Translations under genes and position numbers: made by a program
Assembly: GCA_003233545.1 (NCBI GenBank)
Contig: QILZ01000160.1
Location: forward strand, 1-31,087
Source of the DNA: Spirochaetales bacterium
GTDB lineage: Bacteria; Spirochaetota; Spirochaetia; SZUA-6
Direction of reading: 5' to 3'
Length of the DNA stretch: 31,087 nucleotides
Part shown: positions 7,869-16,360 of the stretch, piece by piece
Layout of the letters: every line of letters starts with the position of its first letter
How positions within the stretch are numbered: the first letter of the stretch is position 1
Notes under the pieces: generated by a model
What the model was told of the DNA's origin: nothing
Database searches by the model: none
The model's input: the letters and a program-made list of their open reading frames with translations, nothing else

Positions 7869-9395
7869 ATGTCCGAAACCCTCCTTGAAATGCGGAAAAT
7901 AACAAAACGATTCCCCGGTGTGCTGGCGAATGACAGAATTTCCTTCGACCTGTTAAGGGGAGAGGTGCATGCATTGGTAGGTGAAAACGGTGCAGGGAAA
8001 ACAACCCTTATGAAGATCCTGTACGGGCTCTATTCTCCCGACAGCGGTTCGATTAGTATAAAAGGCGGGAAGTTATCGATTAAAAATCCCAAAGAGGCAA
8101 TTAACAGCGGTATCGGAATGGTTCATCAGCATTTTATGCTCATTCCCCCTTTTACTGTTCTCGAGAATATAATTATCGGGGAGGAAACACAAAAATTCGG
8201 TATCCTTAACGAAGAAAAACCTGCGGAAAAGATTCGCGGCTTAATGGAGAAGAACGGATTAATCGTAGATATAAATACAAAAGTGGAAGATATACCGGTG
8301 GGGATTCAGCAGCGTGTCGAAATATTAAAGATACTTTACAGAGGTGCTGAAATTCTTGTCTTCGACGAACCCACGGCTGTATTGACTCCCCAGGAAGCGG
8401 AAGAACTCTTTAAAACGTTTCGTCAGTTAACGGCGCAGGGTAAGGGTATTATTTTTATCAGCCACAAACTCGATGAGGTTTTAGAAATTGCAGACAGGAT
8501 TACCGTAATAAGGAAGGGACAGGTTGTTAAGACCCTGGACGGAAACGAAGCATCCAAATCACTTATTGCAGAACTTATGGTGGGTAAACCTGTTCTCCTG
8601 GAAGTTAAAAGGCCGGATGTATCACCGGGGAGAGTAATTCTGGAGGTCAGGAATTTAGACCTGAAAGATTATCGTAAGATAGCCGTACTTAATGATGTAA
8701 GCTTTACCGTTCATTCCGGGGAGGTATACGGTATTGCAGGTGTCGAGGGCAACGGCCAGACGGAACTTATATCGGTAATAGCCGAAGCGGCTCCCATAGA
8801 GCACGGGGATATCCTTCTCGATGGAGAAAGTGTAGTAAACTGGGACGTCAGGAAGCGCAGGGATGCGGGAATAAGCCATATTCCGGAGGACAGGCACAAG
8901 TACGGTTTGCTGCTTCCGTTTACACTTGCCGAAAATCTGACTTTAGGTATGCATCACAAAAAGCCTTTTGTTAACAGCTTTCAGATTATAAACAGGAAGA
9001 AAATACAGGAACATGCAAGAAGGGTTATTTCGATATTCGATATAAGGACGCCTTCCGAGCTGACGCCTGCTCTGGCACTTTCAGGAGGCAACCAGCAGAA
9101 AGTTATTGTGGCGCGTGAACTTTCCGCAGAGCCGAAACTGCTTCTTGCAGCCCAGCCTACCCGCGGGGTCGACATCGGGGCAACGGAATTTATCCATAAT
9201 CAACTTATGGAAGCGAAAAAGGAGGGACGCGCGATATTACTGGTTTCTGCGGATTTAGATGAAGTGATGTCTCTTTCCGACAGGATCGGAGTAATGTATA
9301 AGGGTAAAATTATCAAGGAGTTTACGAGAGAGGAAACAACAAAAGAGGAAATAGGCTTTTACATGATGGGAGAAAAAGAGCATGCCAGGAATTAA
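7869..9395 (+). CDS. ABC transporter ATP-binding protein (duplicated-domain CUT2/nucleoside type)
   Basis: GENGAGKTT Walker [18 protein letters not shown] and [10 protein letters not shown] in two fused ABC domains. Confidence 0.95.
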   Translation: MSETLLEMRKITKRFPGVLANDRISFDLLRGEVHALVGENGAGKTTLMKILYGLYSPDSGSISIKGGKLSIKNPKEAINSGIGMVHQHFMLIPPFTVLENIIIGEETQKFGILNEEKPAEKIRGLMEKNGLIVDINTKVEDIPVGIQQRVEILKILYRGAEILVFDEPTAVLTPQEAEELFKTFRQLTAQGKGIIFISHKLDEVLEIADRITVIRKGQVVKTLDGNEASKSLIAELMVGKPVLLEVKRPDVSPGRVILEVRNLDLKDYRKIAVLNDVSFTVHSGEVYGIAGVEGNGQTELISVIAEAAPIEHGDILLDGESVVNWDVRKRRDAGISHIPEDRHKYGLLLPFTLAENLTLGMHHKKPFVNSFQIINRKKIQEHARRVISIFDIRTPSELTPALALSGGNQQKVIVARELSAEPKLLLAAQPTRGVDIGATEFIHNQLMEAKKEGRAILLVSADLDEVMSLSDRIGVMYKGKIIKEFTREETTKEEIGFYMMGEKEHARN

Positions 9396-10488
9396 ACTAA
9401 GATTTGACAGGTATAAACTTCTCGAAATTTTCGCTCCTGTCGCCGGATTTTTAGCGTCTATCGTCGTTCTCCTGATTATAGTTATTGTTGTCGGAGAAAG
9501 CCCGGGCGAGGCTCTCGTGGCAATATATAAATTCAGTTTAAGCAGCAGTGCAAAGGTGGCTACGATACTTTCCGTATCCATTCCTCTCTTCTTTGCCGGT
9601 ATTGCCGTTGCATTTGCGTTTCAGTCCGGGGTTTTTAACATAGGTGCAGAGGGACAGTACTACTTCGGCGGTTTAATCGGTGCCATGGCAGGTATTTATC
9701 TGCACCTTCCCGCTTTTATTCATATACCTGTTGTTATTCTGTTCAGTATGGCAGGCGGAGCTCTTTGGGCCTTGATACCGGCGATTCTTAAGGTAACGAA
9801 GAATGTTCATGAAGTTATTACCACAATCATGTTTAACAGTATTGCATTGGCTCTTGTAAATTATCTGGTAAACGGTCCTCTTTCCGGACTCGGACAGGGG
9901 AAGAGCCTGGAACCGCAGACTGCAAAAATACAGAGTACCGCACTTTTCGGAAAACTGAACGGATTTTTTCGCATGTTAGGTTGGAATGTTCCCGATTATG
10001 TTTACCTCGATTACAGCCTGATAGTTGCTGTTATAACCGGATTTATTGTATGGTTTGTGCTTTTTAGAATGAGACACGGTTTCGAAATAAGGGCTATCGG
10101 TATCTCTCTCGATGTATCACGATACTCAGGCATGAAAGTAAAGCAGCTTCAGCTTTCCGCATTTGTAATAAGCGGGGCTTTAAGCGGTTTAATCGGGCTT
10201 CAGGAAATTTTTGCGATCCGGGGTTATTATACGTATGGAATAGCATCCGGCCTGGGTTTCGACGGAATCGCGATTGCCCTTATCGGTAAAAATTCTCCGC
10301 TTGGAGTCGTATTTGCCTCTCTGCTCTTTGCATTTTTAAAACAGGCCGGTTATGGGCTGCAGTTTTATACTTCCGTTCCGAATTCTGTTATATATGTTAT
10401 TACGGGTCTGATGATTCTCTTTATTGTCGTAATAAATGAGATTGTAGCAGCGTACATACGTACTCTCAGAAAGAAGGAGGCGGTTTAG
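9382..10488 (+). CDS. ABC transporter permease (nucleoside type)
   Basis: Multiple TM segments; GVFNIGAEGQ, HEVITTIMFN and GFDGIAIALIG motifs; overlaps the ATPase stop. Confidence 0.92.
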   Translation: MPGIKLRFDRYKLLEIFAPVAGFLASIVVLLIIVIVVGESPGEALVAIYKFSLSSSAKVATILSVSIPLFFAGIAVAFAFQSGVFNIGAEGQYYFGGLIGAMAGIYLHLPAFIHIPVVILFSMAGGALWALIPAILKVTKNVHEVITTIMFNSIALALVNYLVNGPLSGLGQGKSLEPQTAKIQSTALFGKLNGFFRMLGWNVPDYVYLDYSLIVAVITGFIVWFVLFRMRHGFEIRAIGISLDVSRYSGMKVKQLQLSAFVISGALSGLIGLQEIFAIRGYYTYGIASGLGFDGIAIALIGKNSPLGVVFASLLFAFLKQAGYGLQFYTSVPNSVIYVITGLMILFIVVINEIVAAYIRTLRKKEAV

Positions 10489-10489
10489 T

Positions 10490-11365
10490 ATGGATTTATC
10501 TTTTATTCTGTTTTTCTTTGTCAAGGGTCTGGAAATATCCTCACCCATCGCATTTGCCGCTTTAGGAGCTGTTTTTTCCGAAAGGAGCGGTGTCGTTAAT
10601 ATTGCCCTCGAGGGCATAATGATAGTTACTACCTTCACAATTGTATGGGCGGCAATAGCCCTTCACAGTATATGGCTCGGCGTGTTATTCGCCATTGTGG
10701 CGGGTTCTCTTGTTGCTTTAATTCATGCTGTTGTGAGTGTTACTTTCAGAGTCGATCAGATTGTTTCCGGAGTGGCGATTAATATTTTCGCAGTCGGCCT
10801 TTCGCGTTTTTTATCGCAGAAGGTTTTCGGCCAGGAAACTCAGACACCGACCAATGCCTATCTTTTCCCACAGTTTCTCGGCATCAATTCCATGGCCTTT
10901 CTGCTTATTCCCATTGCTCTTATAGGCTGGTTTGTGCTCTACAGAACTGTTTTCGGACTAAGGCTGCGGACTGTCGGTGAAAATCCGGAAGCTGCCGATA
11001 CCCTGGGTTTAAATGTATACGGTCTCCGTTATGCGGGAGTCATCATCAGCGGGGCACTCTGCGGATTGTCCGCTGCAACGCTGTTTCCTTCCCAGTGGAT
11101 ATCCGGCATGACAGCGGGGAGGGGTTATATTGCACTTGCTGCCATGATTTTCGGGAGATGGGACCCTGTCGGGGCTGTTCTTGCTTCACTTTTATTCGGA
11201 TATGCGGATACCTTTAGAATAATGTTCGAAACAAAGATTCCAATACCGGGTCAGTTTGTTCAGATGTTCCCCTATGTTCTCGCTGTGGTTGTTCTTGCCG
11301 GCATGGTCGGCAAGGCACGTGCGCCGGCTGCAGACGGAAAACCTTATGAGAAGGGCGAGGATTAA
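10490..11365 (+). CDS. ABC transporter permease (nucleoside type)
   Basis: SERSGVVNIALEG, DQIVSGVAIN, LRTVGENPEAADTLG, AGRGYIALAAMIFGRW and GKPY motifs. Confidence 0.92.
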   Translation: MDLSFILFFFVKGLEISSPIAFAALGAVFSERSGVVNIALEGIMIVTTFTIVWAAIALHSIWLGVLFAIVAGSLVALIHAVVSVTFRVDQIVSGVAINIFAVGLSRFLSQKVFGQETQTPTNAYLFPQFLGINSMAFLLIPIALIGWFVLYRTVFGLRLRTVGENPEAADTLGLNVYGLRYAGVIISGALCGLSAATLFPSQWISGMTAGRGYIALAAMIFGRWDPVGAVLASLLFGYADTFRIMFETKIPIPGQFVQMFPYVLAVVVLAGMVGKARAPAADGKPYEKGED

Positions 11366-11388
11366 GGATAAGGAACGGGATTGCCCGT

Positions 11389-12267
11389 TTAACCCGCAGT
11401 AATGCCGACCATTATCAGGCCGAGGATAATAAGCATAATGCCGAGTATGTGTGTAAGTGTAATCTTTTCCTTAAGAAACCTGACTGCAAGAAGAACGGTA
11501 ACAGCCGGATACACCGATGAAACGGGTGCAACAAGCGAAGCTTTCCCGGTATTAAAAGCGAGCAGGAGCAGTACAAAACCGAAAAGGTTTAAAATAAGGC
11601 CGGACAGGGTAGGGATGCTATGTTTAAACATCTCCCTTGGAACGGGACGGTTTTTAATATCAACGGCATAATTTACACCGGAAAACAGGTTGGCTACCGG
11701 GACTATTAATATTAGATAGTTGAATATTCCGTCACGGTCTATTGCAAATTTTGCTAAAAAATCACCCGTTCCGAGAAAAAGAGCGCCGAGAATTCCCCAC
11801 AGCACCCATGTCCTGCTTTTTAAAACCGGGGCTTTTGTGTCTTTTGCCGGTTTTCTTATCTTTTTCTCCGGTAATGCAATGGAAACACCTCCTGCAAGGA
11901 CCAATGCAATCGATAAGTACTGCAGCGATAGAAGGCGTTCACTCAGGAAGATGTGAGCTAAGAGGATGGTAATAACAGGATAACCAGCTACAAGGGTGCC
12001 TGTTAATGAAATCTGGCCTTTGGAGATCGAATAGTAGAATATCTGGTAGAGGAGTGATGCCAGGGCAATGTATAAAAGCGAATCAAATGTAAATACTCTG
12101 CTGCCGGAACCTATAATGAAAGCCGCGGGAATGTAGATGATAACCGTAAGGGCATTATTAATTATATTGCTCCACAGGGGAGGGATGTTTTCGAAGCCTT
12201 TTTTTACAAGAATGGAGCCTGTCGACCAGCAGAGAGCCGCTGAAAGTGAAAGTGTAAACCAGTTCAT
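11389..12267 (-). CDS. EamA/DMT-family transporter
   Basis: Ten hydrophobic segments in two EamA repeats (GQISLTGTLVAGYPVITILLAHIFLSE; GKASLVAPVSSVYPAVTVLLAVRFLKEK). Confidence 0.88.
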   Translation of the reverse strand: MNWFTLSLSAALCWSTGSILVKKGFENIPPLWSNIINNALTVIIYIPAAFIIGSGSRVFTFDSLLYIALASLLYQIFYYSISKGQISLTGTLVAGYPVITILLAHIFLSERLLSLQYLSIALVLAGGVSIALPEKKIRKPAKDTKAPVLKSRTWVLWGILGALFLGTGDFLAKFAIDRDGIFNYLILIVPVANLFSGVNYAVDIKNRPVPREMFKHSIPTLSGLILNLFGFVLLLLAFNTGKASLVAPVSSVYPAVTVLLAVRFLKEKITLTHILGIMLIILGLIMVGITAG

Positions 12268-12275
12268 GATTTGTT

Positions 12276-12305
12276 ACAGTACAGGAATTGCTTAAATCCT
12301 ATCAA
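12276..12305 (-). promoter_or_regulatory. Putative sigma70 promoter of the EamA gene (leaderless-like)
   Basis: TTGATA-18nt-TACTGT, 8 nt before the ATG; no SD. Confidence 0.5.
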
Positions 12306-12351
12306 GCTCTTTAAGTCTTTTCCAGTACATTTTTCTCCGGATCATTAACAC

Positions 12352-12380
12352 TTGCATAACAATGTCCGTTTATCTAAAAT
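12352..12380 (+). promoter_or_regulatory. Putative sigma70 promoter of the LsrG-like gene
   Basis: TTGCAT-17nt-TAAAAT; SD GGAGG before ATG 12408. Confidence 0.65.
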
Positions 12381-12407
12381 AGTTAATAAAATACCGGAGG
12401 TTAAGAT

Positions 12408-12716
12408 ATGATTGTCAGGGTAATAAATGTCTATGTAAAACACGGTTTTGACATGGAATTCATAAAAGCCTGTAAGGAAAACCGGGCAGGTTCAATTAGA
12501 GAACAGGGGATTTTAAGGTTCGATGTGCTTCAGGATTCCGGTGATTCCCTTCATTTTATCCTTTATGAGGTCTATAAGGATGAATCCGCAGCCGGGGATC
12601 ATAAAAATACATCACATTATAAGAAATGGCGTAACGCCGTGGAGCCCTGGATGGTAAAACCGAGAGAAAGTACATCGTGTATTGTCATAGCTCCGGTAGA
12701 AGACCCGGCCTGGTAA
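12408..12716 (+). CDS. ABM-family (antibiotic biosynthesis monooxygenase/putative quinol monooxygenase) protein, LsrG-like
   Basis: GSIREQGILRFDVLQD...FILYEVYKDE...HKNTSHYKKW closely follows the LsrG/YgiN pattern. Confidence 0.85.
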   Translation: MIVRVINVYVKHGFDMEFIKACKENRAGSIREQGILRFDVLQDSGDSLHFILYEVYKDESAAGDHKNTSHYKKWRNAVEPWMVKPRESTSCIVIAPVEDPAW

Positions 12717-12724
12717 ATAATATC

Positions 12725-12768
12725 CTACATTTTTGTAGCCCATTTTGTTTAAAAATACATATTCGTAA
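12725..12768. promoter_or_regulatory. Two similar palindromic sites; candidate enhancer-binding-protein (bEBP) sites for the amtB sigma54 promoter
   Basis: CTACATTTTTGTAG (12725-12738) and ATACATATTCGTAA (12755-12768) are 30 bp apart, with 10 of 12 central bases identical. Confidence 0.4.
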
Positions 12769-12878
12769 TATTTCTGCAGTTCTGCAGTCCGCCTTTAAAT
12801 GATTTTATGGAAGGCAGATATGATTTATTTAACTACAACGTCGAGAGATAAATGATATTAACTTATTTTGTATTAAGA

Positions 12879-12894
12879 TGGCACCTTTATTGCT
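12879..12894 (+). promoter_or_regulatory. Sigma54 (RpoN) -24/-12 promoter of amtB-PII
   Basis: TGGCAC-CTTTA-TTGCT with exact GG-N10-GC spacing, directly upstream of an ammonium transporter. Confidence 0.85.
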
Positions 12895-12936
12895 ATACCT
12901 TTATAAAAATATATTATGAAAGGTGGTTTAACTATC

Positions 12937-14250
12937 ATGAAAAAATTCGGTGTTATTTTAATACTGGCTTTAATCTTTTTTACAGCCGGTGGGATGGTTT
13001 TTGCTGAAGGATCCGCTGCCGATACTGTAAAGCTTTTGAGCAGTTCCATTACAATGATCTGGCTTATAATAATGGGGGCTCTTGTCTTTTTTATGCAGGC
13101 AGGTTTTGCAATGGTAGAGACGGGTTTAACGAGAGCAAAAAATGCAAGCAATATTATGATGAAGAATCTTATGGATTTTTCAGTAGGGGCTATTATTTAT
13201 TGGGCCGTCGGCTGGGCTATCATGTATGGGGGCTTAAAGGAGGTCTTTTTAGCCGGTGCGGACAGCACCACATTTCGGGACTGGATGTTTCAGGTTGTAT
13301 TTGCAGCTACTGCCGCTACGATAGTTTCAGGTTCAATGGCGGGAAGAACAAAATTCAAGGCTTACCTTTTTTACAGTTTATTTATTTCAGGCATAATCTA
13401 CCCGGTTTCCGGTCACTGGATATGGGGCGGCGGCTGGCTTGCAAAGCTTAATTTTCATGATTTTGCAGGTTCTACCGTTGTACATTCCGTAGGCGGATGG
13501 GCTGCATTGATGGGTGCGCTGATCTTAGGGGCAAGGAAGGGAAAATATGTAAAGGTGGACGGTAAAGTTCATGTAAAGGCTATCCCTGGTCATAACATGC
13601 CCCTCGCCGCGCTGGGAGTTTTTATACTCTGGTTCGGATGGTACGGATTTAATGCAGGAAGCACTTTAGACGGAACAAGTATGGATATCGCCGTTGTCGC
13701 TGTTAATACGACACTGGCAGGGGCTGCCGGTGCTTTCGGTGCAATGCTGATTTCCTGGATTCTATTCGGTAAACCTGATCCGAGCATGTCCTTAAATGGT
13801 GCTCTTGCAGGGCTTGTCGGAATAACGGCGGGAGCTTTAGTGTCGTCACCTTTAGGTGCCGTTATTGTAGGTTTGATATCCGGTATGATCGTTGTACTGT
13901 CAGTTCGTTTTATAGATTATGTTTTACACATCGATGACCCTGTGGGTGCTATTTCCTGTCATGGTGTCTGCGGAGCATGGGGAACCCTTGCAGTAGGGCT
14001 GTTTGCAACCGGAGAACGTGGTGGAATAACCGGATTGTTGTACGGCGGCGGTATTCGCCAGCTTTTTATCCAGTCCATCGGAATAGTTTCTGTTTTCCTC
14101 TGGATGATCGCAGCGACAACCATCCTCTTTTTAGCTATTAAAATTATTATAGGCTTAAGAGTCACCGAAGAAGAGGAACTCCAGGGACTGGATATAAGCG
14201 AGCATAATACCGAATCGTACTATGGATTTCAAATCTTTCAGAATCAATAA
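12937..14250 (+). CDS. amtB: Ammonium transporter
   Basis: FFMQAGFAMVETG, WMFQVVFA, HWIWGGGW, DFAGSTVVH, WFGWYGFNAGS and DDPVGAISCHG (twin His), plus the conserved C-tail GLDISEH. Start revised to 12937 after SD AAGGTGG; ATG 12916 is the alternative. Confidence 0.97.
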   Translation: MKKFGVILILALIFFTAGGMVFAEGSAADTVKLLSSSITMIWLIIMGALVFFMQAGFAMVETGLTRAKNASNIMMKNLMDFSVGAIIYWAVGWAIMYGGLKEVFLAGADSTTFRDWMFQVVFAATAATIVSGSMAGRTKFKAYLFYSLFISGIIYPVSGHWIWGGGWLAKLNFHDFAGSTVVHSVGGWAALMGALILGARKGKYVKVDGKVHVKAIPGHNMPLAALGVFILWFGWYGFNAGSTLDGTSMDIAVVAVNTTLAGAAGAFGAMLISWILFGKPDPSMSLNGALAGLVGITAGALVSSPLGAVIVGLISGMIVVLSVRFIDYVLHIDDPVGAISCHGVCGAWGTLAVGLFATGERGGITGLLYGGGIRQLFIQSIGIVSVFLWMIAATTILFLAIKIIIGLRVTEEEELQGLDISEHNTESYYGFQIFQNQ

Positions 14251-14273
14251 AAATAATAGTTAAGGAGTATTAA

Positions 14274-14615
14274 ATGAAACTTATTATTGCATATATACAA
14301 CCGCACAAATTAAATAGTGTAAAACAGGAACTTTACAAAGAAGAGGTTTATAAGATGTCGATTACAAATGCCCTTGGCTGTGGTCAGCAGAAGGGATATA
14401 AGGAATCCTACAGAGGAGTCGATATCGAGGTTAATCTGCTGAAAAAGATAAGAATAGAAATAGCGGTAAACGATAATTTTATGGAACGGACCGTTAATGC
14501 TATTATAAATGGTGCAAGAACGGAAAAGATAGGAGACGGAAAGATATTTATTCTCAACATAGAGGAAACAATCAGAATCAGAAACGGGGATAGGGGCGGG
14601 CCGGCTATCGGCTGA
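14274..14615 (+). CDS. glnK: PII nitrogen regulatory protein (Amt-linked, GlnK-like)
   Basis: GCGQQKG, YRG T-loop, LLKKIRIEIAV and TEKIGDGKIF; SD AAGGAG; directly follows amtB. Confidence 0.93.
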   Translation: MKLIIAYIQPHKLNSVKQELYKEEVYKMSITNALGCGQQKGYKESYRGVDIEVNLLKKIRIEIAVNDNFMERTVNAIINGARTEKIGDGKIFILNIEETIRIRNGDRGGPAIG

Positions 14616-14674
14616 TTAACAGGCATGGAATCTGCAAGGATACGGCCGGGGTTGTTGTACCATTAATCGGGGTA

Positions 14675-15874
14675 TTACCATGCCCGGCCGGAACTCCTTA
14701 GTTTAAAGAACTGATATATTCCGTATATGTAGCTCATAAAACCTACGGAGATAAAGACCGGAAAATAAGCAAGGGAAAAGGGGATAACAAGAAATAATTT
14801 ATACCATTCTTTTCTGTGGGACATGTTGATAATAACATAAGGAATAGAAAAGAGCGGATAGAGAAAATAGAGCATTACTCCCTTAAAGAGTGTAAATCCC
14901 TCTGTTAGTTTCATTAAACCGAAAGAGGTAAGTATCGAAAATCCGATCTGCCTGAAGTAGTGAAACAATTTCAGCATGTTTTCGAAGAAAAGAATGTTAT
15001 GAGTCATTGCAATGGCAAAGGATATTGTTAAAAGTGCGTAGGTAGTTGTAAAAAGCAGAAATATGGGATGAAGGATAAAAAACGGGAAGTGTTTAATTAC
15101 GTTCTGCATGCCTCCTGCTCCCCACCGTATTTTCTGCTTAAACCAATCCTTTAGATGTACGGGGACAGCAGAGAATACAAAGGAACTTGCCTCCTCTACT
15201 CTCCAACCGGATTTTCCGAGTTTTAAAGCAAGGTCCATATCCTCTATAAGTGCATTTTCAGAGAGCATCTCGACGTTTTCGAAGGCTTTCCTTTTAAAAG
15301 CCATACATCCGCCCCAGAGGCTTATTGTGGATTTTGTATTGTAGGCTGTCTGCAGCAGACTTATCATTCCGTATTCTATTTCCTGCATCCTCGCTAAAAA
15401 GCCCCGGTTAACCGGTTTATACCGGCAGCTCGTAGCACCTACGGAATCCGATTCCAGCCTCGAGAGCATATCCGTTACAGCTTTTTTATTAAGCTGGGTA
15501 TCCGAGTCCACAACGAATATTATTTCTCCTTTTGTATAGTGAAATGCATTATTGATCGATTTAACCTTTCCGAGGTTAACGCTGTTGTGTATTATACGAA
15601 AGTTATAGATCCGATGGAGAGAGTTAAGTATTTGTCCTGTTTTTTTATCACTGTTGTCGTCGACAACGATTAATTCTATTTTATCCCTGTTATACGACAT
15701 GTAAATACTTTCTATGGTACTCTCCAATGTATCGGAATCATGGTATGTAGGTACGATAACGGATATAAACGGATTGCCCTTTAAGTATCGCTTTTTACTA
15801 TAATCCATAAGTGTTAAAATAATAATAGATGTGAAAAACAGGATAAAAATACCGAAAACTATCGTATTCCACAT
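14675..15874 (-). CDS. Membrane-bound GT2 glycosyltransferase with processive-synthase motifs
   Basis: N-terminal TM, VVDDNS, GKVKSIN, VVDSD (DxD), IEDMDL and KQKIRW (QxxRW), with C-terminal TM helices. Confidence 0.9.
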   Translation of the reverse strand: MWNTIVFGIFILFFTSIIILTLMDYSKKRYLKGNPFISVIVPTYHDSDTLESTIESIYMSYNRDKIELIVVDDNSDKKTGQILNSLHRIYNFRIIHNSVNLGKVKSINNAFHYTKGEIIFVVDSDTQLNKKAVTDMLSRLESDSVGATSCRYKPVNRGFLARMQEIEYGMISLLQTAYNTKSTISLWGGCMAFKRKAFENVEMLSENALIEDMDLALKLGKSGWRVEEASSFVFSAVPVHLKDWFKQKIRWGAGGMQNVIKHFPFFILHPIFLLFTTTYALLTISFAIAMTHNILFFENMLKLFHYFRQIGFSILTSFGLMKLTEGFTLFKGVMLYFLYPLFSIPYVIINMSHRKEWYKLFLVIPFSLAYFPVFISVGFMSYIYGIYQFFKLRSSGRAW

Positions 15875-15879
15875 AGGTG

Positions 15880-16227
15880 TTAAAAAGTAATGACCTTTTC
15901 ATCTCCTTTAAGATATTCCGTTAAAGGTTCTCCCATGTATTTAACGTCTATACCGATTTCTTCGAGTTCCCTCGAAACTCCGAACATATCCGCACATGCT
16001 CTGCATGCTTCGACCGCAACCCCTGCATCTTTCATTCTTTTTATATAGTCCTTAAGCTCTTTATCTTTAATGAGCAGTTCAGCCGACGGTCCCCATACTA
16101 TCAGGGTAACTTTATCCCACCAGTTCTTAAGTTTTGCATTTAATGTGTACATAAAAACCATTTTTAAAGCCACATCTCTGTCTCCGCTTGTCCATAGAAC
16201 CACCAGTTTTTTATTTTTATCCTGCAT
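15880..16227 (-). CDS. DsrE-family protein (sulfurtransferase/peroxiredoxin-like)
   Basis: LVVLWTSG, VTLIVWGPS and VEACRACAD (CxxC); SD AAGGGG; stop lies 5 bp before the GT2 start. Confidence 0.85.
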   Translation of the reverse strand: MQDKNKKLVVLWTSGDRDVALKMVFMYTLNAKLKNWWDKVTLIVWGPSAELLIKDKELKDYIKRMKDAGVAVEACRACADMFGVSRELEEIGIDVKYMGEPLTEYLKGDEKVITF

Positions 16228-16276
16228 TTTAGAACCCCTTTATAAGGACGTTTCAGTGTACGATTCCATGATACAT

Positions 16277-16310
16277 AAAAAAAGGAGGAAAGCAAATACT
16301 TTCCCCCTTT
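16277..16310 (-). terminator. Intrinsic terminator after the IolN-like gene
   Basis: Minus strand GGGGGAAAG-TATTTG-CTTTCCTCC followed by a T7 run. Confidence 0.8.
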
Positions 16311-16360
16311 AATTTTAGCCCTGAATCTTGGTTGTCCGGATTCGTTTTATTTATTGTAAA

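Noticed and set aside
6583-12716. Idea that the BMP ABC transporter plus the LsrG-like gene form an AI-2 uptake system
   Set aside because: The binding protein is BMP/PnrA type, not LsrB type. The LsrG-like gene is separated by an opposite-strand gene and has its own promoter.
14621-14636. AGGCATGGAATCTGCA, a second GG-N10-GC sigma54-like site
   Set aside because: Poor flanking consensus, and it points antisense into the 3' end of the GT2 gene.
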